From assembly GCF_006345805.1 (NCBI RefSeq), contig NW_021833842.1:1-51630 (forward strand): 51,630 bases of DNA, in the 5' to 3' direction. Below the pieces are notes generated by a model, which ran no database searches, was not told the origin of the DNA, and saw nothing but the letters and a program-made list of their open reading frames with translations. Made by a program: the position numbers and the translations under genes. This document shows positions 11,791 through 22,949 of the stretch, piece by piece (the first letter of the stretch is position 1; every line of letters begins with the position of its first letter). This stretch comes from Octopus sinensis. Its lineage: Eukaryota.

Positions 11791-12103
11791 TACAAAAGAA
11801 CGCGACATAAGTAACACAGAAGAAACACGCCTTTATATACATTCTGTTCAAAAAAAACGTGACCACTTGAAAATGTGTGTTTTTTCAATTTTTATTGATT
11901 GGAGGTTATTGTTTGCATTTTTGGAGGTTATTGTTGGCTTCATGCTTGGTTTGAACTTTCTCACTAATGGATTCAGGCTTTTCAGGACTCCCATTCGCTT
12001 CAGACTTTGATTTTCTTTCTGATTCCGCAGTGTTTTCATTTTTTACTAAAAATAACTCGATTACCAAACATATATTTTTGTGACAATAGTCCATGCATTA
12101 AAG

Positions 12104-13167
12104 CAGTGGTTCTTAACCTTTATTTTTGTACCACCACCTTGGAATTTTTTTCGCCCCTCCAATTTTTTTATTTCATTAGTAAAAATTTTTATTTAAAAAA
12201 TAAGAGTTTTAATGAGATCCTTGTGGTTGATGAAGATTGACAAGTTTTTCAAAATTTGTATTTCTTTTCGTAAGTGTAATTCTAATGTCAAAATTCTTTT
12301 TAATTCTAAAAAAAGTCTGGCTTTTTTTCAATTGAATTATGATGTTTTTGCTTTAAATGTTCAATCAAACGAGACGGTTTCATTGCCTCATTCGAAAAAA
12401 TTGTACCACATTGAAGACAAAGTGGTTTATTAGGATCTTGAGGATCTTTAATAAATCCAAGAGAAATATATTCATCTTTATACATTCTGACTTTTTCTGA
12501 ACACGACCCATAAAGACAACTAGAAATCACGCTTTATTTATTTATTAAACACCAAGACCACAGTTAAGACCGAACTAATTAGCGTGTGATCCCGACGCAC
12601 TTCGACGGAGATCCTCCGGAAAGGTTCAATCCTATGCAAAGTGCATCGTCCTGCGACGACGATGTCCCAGGGGGTAGGAGAGCTATTGGTCCTTTTTCGG
12701 TGAGCATTAGGTGCCCCCTCGGCGTTTCCAAATCCAGTCGAAATCTCCAAGTGAATTTGGTGGACCACGTAACGCCTTTCTAAGGCCGGATAGGAAGGAG
12801 ATCCCTTTTTGACATACTGTGTCGTGCCAGATGTACTCGCCACCTCACGGGCAAAGGAACTTCGACGAGATTAACCCCGACTCCAAAGTAGCCTCTTCTG
12901 GATTCGAACCCACGACGGCTGAATTCCAGTATCCAGGGCATACTCTTCAGCCAAGAGAAATCACGCTTAGAAATTTAAATAAAATATGATAAAAATATCA
13001 TATTATTAATAAATATTATTAGACTCGATTATGTATCTTTATTTTTTCAAAGATTATCGACTTCTAACATAAGATTTTAATTTTTCAAATATTAGCAATC
13101 AGCCATCGCCCCCCTACCAAAAAAAATCGCCCCTAGGGGGCGAATCGCCCACCGTTGAGAACCACTG
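12104..13167 (-). mobile_element. Internally deleted Buster hAT with BED-finger remnant (12306-12510)
   Basis: CAGTGGTTCTTAAC ... GTTGAGAACCACTG; TSD cattaaag / cagtaaag (7 of 8 match); CLQC...MKPSRLIEHL. Confidence 0.9.
12535..12955 (-). mobile_element. tRNA-derived SINE, about 420 bp
   Basis: A-box-like TGGCTGAAGAG, B box GGTTCGAATCC (12900-12910), (TAAA)n tail and 13-bp TSD agaaatcacgctt (12522-12534, 12956-12968). Confidence 0.85.
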
Positions 13168-13827
13168 CAGTAAAGTGTGGATTTATCAGCATAGCAAAAG
13201 AAGTCCCCAGTTTTGAGTTCTTTATTACAACACCGACACTTGAGGCATTCAACAGATATCTTTCACCGCGAAAATATCGAACATTATTTCTTTTATTTGC
13301 TGAAAATAACTCAAATTTTGTTTCATCGGAGAAAATAATTTTGCCTAGATCTTCAGACGAGATCCCTAAATAATTTTCAGCAAATAATTTTCTCTTTAAC
13401 ACGTTAACTGGTCGTAATAACGGTTTTTTACATGGTTTTCGATTTTTAGCCCAAAAGAATATAAAGCATTCCTTATTGTTGATCGAGAAAGTCGTAAATT
13501 GTGCTCAGATTCAATGTAATTTGCAATTTCTTGTAAAGTGAAAAAATGATTTTGATCATATTTCGTCAATATTGCGTTTTTAATCGCCAGAGTAAGTTTT
13601 TCTGGACGACCAGAACCGACGGCACGTTTAAAAGGCATTCCGTTTTTCATTTTCGCGCTGACTTGCTGCACGAAAGATTTTGAAACATGGAATTCTTTGA
13701 CGATTGTTCTTTGTGAGCCTCCTCGCCTTAAGTGTTGCGCAATTAAATATTTTTTGATCAGGAAACTTTGAGATGACATTGTGCTGTATTTTGAAATTAA
13801 TTTATTAAAGAAATTAAAATAAATAAA

Positions 13828-15040
13828 TGTCGCGCTCCATGCAGGTTACACCAATTTTAAGCGTTACACTTTGGCCTTGACTTTTTTTGGATATTGACAA
13901 CTAAAATCAATTAACCACAATTAATAAACTATCATTCATAACTTTTCTTGTTAAAAGATACAATACTTTTTACAAATGATGAGACTCATGAACAAGTTAT
14001 AGCTCAGGACGACATTCAAACTATGAAGGTAAAATGCAGAAAACAGCACTTGACCACTCATAATGGAATCAATAAACTGAAAGAATTGGAGTTAGGGTTT
14101 GTTTGGATTAGGATCAAGATATGGGTTAGGTTAGGGTTGGAGTTAGGGTTTGGTTGGATTAGTATCAAGATAGGGGTTAGGGTTGGAGTTAGGGTTTGTT
14201 TGGATTAGGATCAAGATAGGGGTTAGGGTTGGAGTTAGGGTTTGTTTAGATTAGGATCAAGATATGGGTTAGGGTTGGAGTTAGGGTTTGTTTAGATTAG
14301 GATCAAGATATGGGTTAGGGTTGGAGTTAGGGTTTGTTTGGATTAATATCAAGATAGGGGTTAGGGTTGGAGTTAGGGTTTGTTTGGATTAGGATTAAGA
14401 TATGGGTTAGGTTAGGGTTGGAGTTAGGGTTTGTTTGGATTAGGATCAAGATATGGGTTAGGTTAGGGTTGGAGTTAGGGTTTGTTTGGATTAGGATTAA
14501 GATATGGGTTAGGTTAGGGTTGGAGTTAGGGTTTGTTTGGATTAGTATCAAGATAGGGGTTAGGGTTGAAGGTAGGGTTTGGTTGAATTAGTATCAAGAT
14601 AGGGGTTAGGTTAGGGTTTGGATTAGTAAATGGTTAGGGTTAGGATGTGTTCGGGTTGTGATTTTGTTGGATTAGACTCTAATGATTTTGTGGGCGCAGA
14701 ATTTTGAAGCTTCAAAATTGTGTCAAAACGGGGCGCTGACTTAAAAAAGGTAAAGAACCACTGGATAGTAGCAGTTTTAAAAAATAATTTCTAAAAAAAT
14801 TTTCTATTTTTATATTTATTTTTTTTAATAAGTTTATATAAAATAATAAACTATATTTTCATTTTTGAACAATGTGTCTTTTATTGCTATGTGGTGTTTT
14901 ATTCTGCATCACTTACTTAAAAATGATATTTAAAATTGAGATTTCGATTTGTATGAAACGTCACTTGTCAAAGTCAACTGTCATGTCTCAAGGTCAAAAT
15001 GTAACGCTTAAAATTGGTGTAACCTGCATGGAGCGCCACA
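13828..15040. mobile_element. Non-autonomous element with 53-bp TGT...ACA terminal inverted repeats
   Basis: TIRs 13828-13880 and 14988-15040 match at 50 of 53 positions; ATAAA on both flanks (possible 5-bp TSD). Confidence 0.8.
14086..14645 (+). repeat. TTAGGG-rich minisatellite, 11-12 units of 46 or 51 bp
   Basis: Unit TTGGAGTTAGGGTTTGTTTGGATTAGGATCAAGATA(T/G)GGG(TTAGG)TTAGGG; starts at 14086, 14137, 14183, 14229, 14275, 14321, 14367, 14418, 14469, 14520 and 14566. Confidence 0.97.
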
Positions 15041-15136
15041 ATAAATATTCTATTAAAGAAAAATCAAGTAATTATAAAAAAAGTGTAACAAAAATAAGTA
15101 GTCACGTTTTTTTTTGAACAAAGATTTTTTTAAATA

Positions 15137-16021
15137 CAGTAAAGTCTCTCGAATCCGCCATACCCTCCGAATCCGCCAATTATATTAATAAATTCTCTTA
15201 TCCGCCATTTTTCCTAGAAAAAATTCTCGAATCCGCCAAATTCTCGAATCCGCCATATTTTTTATAATGAATCCGCCATGTGTCCTAATTTTAAATAATT
15301 TTTTTAATTAAATTTACTAATATATAATCAATTATTAACACGTTACATCTGTCTTTTTGTTGTATTAATGAAACGTAACTGTACAAGACTAAAAAACAAT
15401 CAAAAAATTGAGATTTTGAAGTTTATATTCAAACAAATAATGAATTATCTTCACTAAAAATTTCTGAGATTTTTTCAAAAAATACAACTTGCCTGTTTCT
15501 CGCCGATCTATTGATGATCTGAAAAGTAAAAGAGGATCTAACATTATGTTTCATAACCTAAGATCTGACATTCTCCGCAAACAATATTTAAAGTTTGCTG
15601 AAATCGATGATAATACTATTGCTTGGGTCAATTCATGGATCTTAAAGGATCCGTTAGAAGAAAGTGTTTATATTGAGATTGAATATAATGAAAGTGAAGA
15701 ACTGAATTAAATAATTCAAAAAATAGAACAAGAAATTAGCGAAGAACCGTGTGAACAAAGTCAGAAAGTTGTTACCATTAACGAGGCTTTTAACGCTTTA
15801 AACAATTAAATATAGAAAATCTTGAGCATATTGAAAACATTGGATCTTCAATGATCCAAACTCTAAGAAGAAACAAGTCGAAACTTACTGATTTTGTTGT
15901 TTTTTTATTAATTATTTTGGCTTATAATTAAATTATTAATGCATTAAAAAAATCGATAGTCTTCTCGAATCCGCCAGATTTTGCCGATCCCCGAAATTGG
16001 CGGATTCGAGAGACTTTACTG
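15137..16021 (+). mobile_element. pogo/Tigger deletion derivative retaining the CENP-B-like DNA-binding region
   Basis: Perfect 24-bp TIR CAGTAAAGTCTCTCGAATCCGCCA with TA on both flanks; protein remnant homologous to the 3896 N-terminus (DLKSK...LKFxEID). Confidence 0.92.
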
Positions 16022-16120
16022 TACTTGGTTAGCTTGGGAATATAGCCGATCATGAAAATTAATCATGTAGATTAAACGATTTTAAATTTAGTATTCTTTG
16101 AAATTTTTAAAATAAGATAC

Positions 16121-16174
16121 AAAATTAAGAAAAACACATATTTTTCAAGTGGTCACGTTTTTTTTGAACAGACG
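16121..16174 (+). repeat. Extra Tc1 TIR (3'-type end of a second copy)
   Basis: About 54-bp inverted match to 11840-11893, followed by TA. Confidence 0.8.
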
Positions 16175-17299
16175 TATGCAATAATAACTACTTAATTATT
16201 TAATTGAGAACTGTAACTCCACAAAGAAAGATGGATGGGACTTCAAAGATCTCCTTCCTTTTATATTACTCCTCTTAAGCTCTTTATACCTTCTATAATA
16301 TATAGTTGGTCGTCTCTTGCAGACTGAATTCCAGAAAATGACTAAAAAACAAGATACTCTGAAACTCGTCTTAAAAACAGCTGGCTGGATATAAACCTGT
16401 AAAGATTTATCAAAAATACAACTGCATTAAGTAACCCCGGTGATATTTGATGAAGAGTCACAACATGTAATCACACATGGGAGCAGAGACATTAGACTGG
16501 GAAATCAGCCTTATCTTGTTTAAGGAAACGTTATACTTATTCTCTTACACTATCTCCAAATGATCTATGCATATGATAGCCACTTCCATAAAAATAATCA
16601 TTCCGGTAGCATCAACATAGACTACAATGTATGTTGACAACAATAGAGGTGCTGCGGTATGACAGTTAGAAACTAATATTGTTGCATTTTCTCAATTAAA
16701 AACATTAATCCGTCTGAAAAAATCGTTTTTCAATATTTCTCTCAGATATCCAGATATTTTTTTCAACTACTGTTTTTGAATTGATAATGTCAAAATGATT
16801 TACATTTGCGCTCTAAAATATTTAAAGATTCAATTAAATTTTCTAATAGTGTTCATTGATGTCAACTTTGATATAAATTTTAATCAGATTGGAATATTAT
16901 AGATCAACTGATTTTGTTTTTAGATTAAAATAGATTTATTGTTCTATCAAAACACAAAACTAAAAATCAATTTTAAATATCACTTAGATCATTCATCTCT
17001 TGAAATAAAATTATGTCGCAAGCCGAGCGCGCGACCGAGCCCAGCAAGGGACTTTGACACCTGTCATGCCTGTAATCCACTTCTCATCTACCTGTCAGTA
17101 TAAATATTCTATAAGAAAGCATCATCTTATTTTTTTATGAATTTGGATTATTCTTGACGTTATTCGTTTTAATTTCTTACAAGATTTAAATATTTTTTTG
17201 CTGGGATACCATACTCACCCAGATAAAATATTATCTATACTAACATAACTTTCTGTCCAGTTTGTCATGTCTGGCCAGCGTTTGTTAGTAAAAGATCAT

Positions 17300-17590
17300 G
17301 ATGAATATAATTTCCTGAGATTTATTCTCAACAACGAGGGGGTTGATCTTCCCAAACATAAAAAGTATTGACTAAAAAAGAAAGGAGAAAATTCTTATGT
17401 GACAAAAATATGTGAAGAGTTTGTGTTTGAGAAGTACATGGGAAACCAAACTTTGTTGAACGATTTTATCAGATGATCACAAGGAGCCTTTCAAGAATTA
17501 TGAGTTCGAATGACAACAAAGAGTGGATAAAACACATAAGAAAGGTTCTGTTTTTGTACCATCAAACACCCACTTATCTATAGGTGAATT
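17300..17590 (+). pseudogene. Internally deleted Ginger-like integrase
   Basis: DEYNFL...LKKKGE N-terminus joined to VERFYQMITRSLS...KEW...VLFLYHQTP. Confidence 0.55.
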
Positions 17591-17644
17591 ATTTGTTTTA
17601 ACTTTGAATTTTTTGCAGGCGTTTGCCTCTTCAGGAAATACTGA

Positions 17645-18050
17645 TGTATTTATTTTTATTTATTTATTAACCCCCAAGCTTGCATAGCAAACACAGCACA
17701 AACAGTCATAGCTAATAATCGAATGAAGAGCCAAGGAAGAAAAAACTGTCTGTGCCGATCAGCATTAGCCTCCAAATCTCCAATACAGCTTTCCGGATCC
17801 AAAGAGAAGTGGAGAATATCTGGTGCGCCCAGTTCCCATTTGTCAGCCTCCTACCGTTGTCAGCCTCCTAATCTCTAATTAAAAAAAATTTATTAAAATA
17901 ATATTAGAACAAATAGACTCAAGAAAAAATTAACGATTTTCTCTCATTTGACGGAAAAATTCAGCAAAGACTGGGTCTTCAGATCATAATGCCAGATCGC
18001 CAATAATTAACAATAATGGCAATCTTCTGCAGGTGCATTTATAGGACAGT
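17645..18050 (-). mobile_element. Probable retroelement 3' end with (TAAA)n tail
   Basis: Minus strand ends CTTGGGGGTTAATAAATAAATAAA, similar to the SINE tail; the body is unassigned. Confidence 0.4.
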
Positions 18051-18519
18051 ATTATCAACTCTATAAAAATAAAATAACAATGACAAACAATAATCTCACA
18101 GATCATATTATTTCCTGACGATCTAATAATTATAAAATCACTTTTTTACAAAAATACCCGGAATTGATAAAATCAAAACTATCTATTATTGGATTCTAAA
18201 AAATAACAATAATTTGTTTTACTTCAAAATTCGTATTGTTTCCATTTGAATTGTCTTGATTTGTAAATGACTAAACAGAAATATTGAAAAATAAGAAAAA
18301 CCCAAGGAGGCTTCACTTTATTTGTAAAATTGCCGGCATTTTAAAATAAATAATTGATAATTTTCAAAAATAACGCACTTAAATAATCAGTAATAATTAA
18401 AATTGGTCTACTTAGTTTAATTTAAAATATTTTTATTGAGTTTATTTAATTATTACTAGTTATCGTTTTAATAAAATATTTTTATAAGTATTAAAAAAAT
18501 TAAACCTTTTAGGTCATTA

Positions 18520-18960
18520 GACAGTTCGCTCTCATGCCTGTCAAGATGCGGTTGAATAGACAAGCATTGATTAGCAATTCGAATAGGTATTGATTTTTAA
18601 ATATATTCTTGTTCACATTAAGAATTAAGACCAGACATCTATTTTATATTATTTAACGGAAAATCATTTGTTTGCTATTTAAAATACGTTAAAAAGTTTT
18701 GAAATTCAAACCACGAAAGGAATCGAAGTACTCCCTCTTACGAAAAATATGAAATTTGTTCCATTTTTGTTCAAGACGAGTGAAGGAATGAGTGAGAAGG
18801 GAAATGCACATTTGAAAGAGATCGCAAGATGATTTCAAAACGGACACATGAGAAAAACATATGGCTGTTCTGAGAGGGAAATCTCTGCGGCAGTCCTGAG
18901 AGGGAATTGTTTAGCTCTCCGGGGCACGACCGATGTCTTTACTTTGGGTATGAATCAATA
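18520..18960 (+). mobile_element. Decayed CRE-like REL 3' fragment
   Basis: RCG..ID zinc remnant, KY...KFVPF..TS, HLKEIAR and EISAAVLRGNCLA. Confidence 0.7.
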
Positions 18961-19025
18961 AAATTCATATCATTAATGAATTAAACAATCTAATTCAACA
19001 AGCAAAAAGTTGTTTATAATCTAGG

Positions 19026-19260
19026 ATTTTGCTTTTGGGCAATTGCCGTGGAGACTTCCTGTGTTTTTGGTGCAAAGACGGTTGCTCATCTCAAGAAACT
19101 TGGCCGTCTGTGCACCCATTGCTCCAGAGATCCCAGGAAATTTATATTCCTTATTCAGAGGATCTCGCTGGCTGTTTTACGCGGGAATTGTCTCTCAATC
19201 CTACGAGCCGGTAGTTAATAGCTAGATTTTTTTAATTGCATAAATTGCTCAAAAAAATAT
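19026..19260 (+). mobile_element. CRE-like REL 3' end (family A)
   Basis: FCFWAIAVETS...QRISLAVLRGNCLSILRAGS-stop; close DNA match to 11342-11520. Confidence 0.9.
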
Positions 19261-20289
19261 AGGTTTTTTCATCTATATTTCGGATTTGTAGTGATTAAAA
19301 TCAGATAAGGTAAAAAAAAAATTTTATAAGTTTATGTAAATATATTAAACGACCTAGTTTGACGTAACCCTATTCTAAAGCCTGTTGATAAACGATGTTT
19401 GTTGTCCGTCCTTCCATGGCATTATATATGAATAAATTTTCTCTTTTACCTACATTGTGCATCCCACAAACAGCTGTCCGTGGAAAAGCACTCGCTTTCT
19501 AAAAATAAGCCAACTACTTTTAACGACTGTCGCTGGGCGTCGTAAAACTTATCTTCATCGCAAAACTTATCTTCAACGGAAATTCAACCTTTTAAAACTT
19601 TTCTTCAACGGAAACAGATGAACTAACAGAAACACAAGATAAATAACAGACACAGCAGATAAGTAACACATTAAATAGATTAAAAAAATTAAATTAAGTC
19701 GTAAGAAACATCAGGCAAAGAAGTAACAGGGAACAGATTGAGAAAGTGAAAAATTAACAGTTTTAATTAAATATCTCAAGTTCAACTTTTTTTTCTTCAG
19801 CTCCGTTTTCTCCTTGCGTTATTTTCGAATAACAAAAAAGAAAGAAACATACCGAAAATAAATTCAATCTTTACGAAAAACTTAAATACATAGTTAATAT
19901 TTCTACGAATATTCTTCTAATAGCGCTCTCAATTGATGGTCAATTGTTTCTCTATTATAATTTAAAACTAAAATTGATGATCAATTGTGTTGTTGATAGT
20001 TATGCTAATGTGTTTATAACTGTTAAAGTGTTTTTAAAATTTGGTAATGCACATTCTAATCAAGGTCGTGCAATCTGTTAATTGCACTCTGTTAAGATCA
20101 AATTTGATAATAGCTTTAATTTTGATTTATAATCGATAATGATATACTGGCATTTAATTTTATAGAAAAAAACTTTTTAGAAAATCTGGAAGGTTTTAAT
20201 GCACCTCATTTTAAACAAATATAAAAATTATTTTTTGACGGGAAGATTTAAATGACCTCATCATGTGAGTCGGGGGATATTCTTGTTGT

Positions 20290-20645
20290 TTGTGTGCTTA
20301 TCTTTGATATCCGTCGACCGAGCGATCGAAACGGAGCGTCTTAGGGCCGAAATGCCGAAGGACTCCATAGCAATTAGAGTAAATATCAGCGAGTTTGAAA
20401 GATGGCCGTACTTCAAGATCTTGGGATCCTCGGTCTAGCTCGACGCAGCGCATAGAGCGAGATTTCCACGCAAGAATGTGTCTTTGCAGTAGAGAATCCC
20501 AAATAAGAAATTTCCCTCTGCTTGTATGGAAACGTGAACAGGCCTTCTGGGGATTTGGCTCTCTTCTATCCAGCCCAACTGGTTTGAGGATTGATGGGCA
20601 CCAGCGGAAGCGAGAACTCTCTGAGTTCTTTAACAGATTTTCATT
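20290..20645 (-). mobile_element. CRE-like REL fragment (family C)
   Basis: PSILKPVGLDRR...KILKYGHL; DNA similarity to 9195-9535. Confidence 0.8.
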
Positions 20646-20649
20646 TTGA

Positions 20650-20830
20650 GCTTCTGTCTTATAGCTAAATTTTTCCAGACAGGAAATATTTTTGATGGAA
20701 TTAGGAAAACAAATAAAAGGGAAGAGAAATCAAATCAATATTATTAGAACTGAAATTCCTTTTAAACCAAAATAATAATGTATTCGTGCATTATCAGCTT
20801 AAAAAACTGGAGATTCAATGTTAAAAACTT
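20650..20830 (-). pseudogene. IS630/Tc1-like DDE remnant
   Basis: DNARIH motif followed by a decayed PYSPxLNPIEN-like segment and VWKN. Confidence 0.5.
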
Positions 20831-20899
20831 ATTAAAAAACTTGTAAAATACTTTTTTAGCCAAACAAATTTAAAGAACTTAAGTAAGTATTATTAATTA

Positions 20900-21480
20900 A
20901 ATAATCTTCTTCACCTTCTGTCGATACATCCTCTATTCGCACAGTGATTCAGGTAGGCAAGACACTTTTTTTCCTTATGTAGAAATTTTTGAGTTACCAG
21001 CCCATCCCATGTTAATACATAAGTACTATTTTCACTCTCGCATGATAAATTAATTCCAGCTTTTCGGATAACATGTCTTTGTTTTCATTTTTTTGATCTC
21101 ATTTGCTGCAAATTTTGGGAAGATGCTATTCAAACTTCAACTAACAAAAATTGATTCTTCCATACTTTTTCTATATTAATTTAAAATTGAAATGAACTAA
21201 TAAAACATCCGAAATACATTTTTCTAATTTGATTGGAATAATTTTGATTTTGTTTCAACAATTCTGATTGAAATATATTACGAAACCCTATAAAGCACAT
21301 ATTTTATATCCCGGAGGCCACGTGTACTTACTCAGTGAGAAAACTGTTGACCATTTGACTAAAAAATGTGGCCGGATGCTTAACAGTGATTACTTGAGGA
21401 GACATAACGAAGTAGTTAGATGCATTACGTCTTTATCGGCAATATAGAATTAAGAAATCAAAATTGAAATCGATAAATAC
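20900..21480. mobile_element. Rearranged R4/Dong-like REL retrotransposon remnants
   Basis: Plus strand 21330-21430 reads KTVDHLTKKCGRMLNSDYLRRHNEVVRC (CCHC region); minus strand 20950-21090 reads DMLSEKLELIY...YVLTWDGLVT. Confidence 0.65.
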
Positions 21481-22059
21481 ATAAATACAACCTGTTCGCT
21501 AGTAAATTCTCATTGTTAAAATGAATATATTACGTTTGGTGCTAACTGGGGATGGTATTGAGAGCAATTTTTACAAGCACCATTAGAATACAGTCAAAAT
21601 AGACGATTGGGCCTATATTTGGAGTACTGTGATAATGAAAACCCTGGAAAGTATGCGATTTGAATGCAGAAATGGGTGGATTGACAATAAGAACTGTCAA
21701 AAAATAGGTCAACGATTTAACGATTGACACTACAAGAAAAATAATGTGAAATTAACAAGTGGGAAAAAAGACTCTAAGGTCCTAGTGGTAGTCAGTGCCC
21801 GGTCTTTTGATAGAGAAAAGACTGTGAGTAGGGTAGAAAGTAACTCAAAAAGAAGACTTGAAAATTTATCAGATTCTTCTGAATATTTAATAACGACTTA
21901 GCCAACTTTTATTAATTATTTGAAATTAATCGTCATTTTAATTCTTATAAATTTAAAAAGAATCTGTGACTGAACTATTGTATTAGCCTTATTTTCATCA
22001 TTTTGAAATATTAATGATACGAGATTTTTAAAGAAACTTAACATACTCAGAGGTTTTCT

Positions 22060-22400
22060 TCAGAATGCAGGAAGTGGACGAGCCTCGCCACTTGCCAAAC
22101 CGTCTATAAGCAATGCATAAAACCAACAATTAGTTACGCCTGCGCAGCGTGGGGAATACGAGCAGCTATACCAATCGGGAAAAATTTCGAAAACTCAATC
22201 AAGAATTTGCAAAAATCTGGAAGAACCAAACGAACAACTAAATGTTGGCACTTTTGAAGAAATCTTGCAAAGAAACGGAGAGATGACATACCCAATGATA
22301 CACCCGCCGCGCCCATACAGAAAATGTTTGGGAAAAGGGGAAGAACGTCAGTGAAAAATGGAGGCCCTCCTTAGAGAATCACCTGATACACCAGTGAACA
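22060..22400 (+). pseudogene. LINE (I/Jockey-like) RT C-terminal remnant
   Basis: VYKQCIKPTISYACAAWG motif. Confidence 0.55.
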
Positions 22401-22949
22401 AATTTGACAGACAATTTCCCTGGAGGATTGCAAAAGAATCCTTGTGAATTCAAAAATGTTATTTTTGAAATGAAACATTTTAATTGGAAAACAATTAAGC
22501 GTGAAAAGTATACTGATGTCGGGAATGGAAGAGTGTTCGTCCCCCTGACAGTCGAGACGTCTGTAATACAGGGTTATGTAAAGGGTTACCGGAAACCATA
22601 TAAATATTTCACGTTGAGTCTGTTAATTGTTCTTTTTGTTTTAAATTTCAGATTAGACAACTATCATGAGAATTAATTTACGTCGGGAATTACTCATATA
22701 AATAAAATTATTGCATTATTCGGACAAGTTAAAATTATACAATGACAAAGGGAAAAAAGAAAACAACTTTCGAAAAACAAAATTCCGAGTCCTATAGCAT
22801 TTGGAAAGGAGATGAAGAAACTCCAGAATGGTTAAAAAATTCAGGCCTGCAGCTTGATCCCACAAATGAAATTACAATGGCAGTTTTGCAAAAGCTGCTA
22901 AAAAATAAATCGTTCTTGATTGTTTACTTTTTCTGGTTTTTCTTGTCTT

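Larger units (their letters stand above)
11840..15123 (-). mobile_element. Tc1-like transposon interrupted by two nested insertions
   Basis: TIR core TGTTCAAAAAAAACGTGAC(C/T)ACTT at 11840 and inverted at 15096-15123; paired-like HTH with GSGRPEKL (13396-13779), IIFSDETKF (13133-13402) and decayed C-terminus (11900-12103). Confidence 0.85.

Noticed and set aside
12880-12955. Functional tRNA gene or hammerhead ribozyme (CTGAAGA core)
   Set aside because: The acceptor stem is absent, the anticodon loop is 8 nt and it is embedded in a TSD-flanked SINE. No GAAA follows the putative stem II.
14086-14645. CRISPR-like array, or the repetitive ORFs 14327-14551 and 14367-14591
   Set aside because: There are no unique spacers, the units are head-to-tail, and the ORFs are by-products of the 51-bp period.
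17014-17181. Possible solo LTR (TGT...ACA with TATAAA)
   Set aside because: No matching TSD (aatta versus agatt) and no second copy.
11342-19205. CpG-decay signal between family A copies as evidence on DNA methylation
   Set aside because: Only about 4 of 21 differences are CpG-type, and 1 of 7 in the RTE pair, which is too few to conclude either way.
19544-19614. Three copies of AAAACTT(A/T)TCTTCA(A/T)CG
   Set aside because: A short local duplication with no termini or function I can support.
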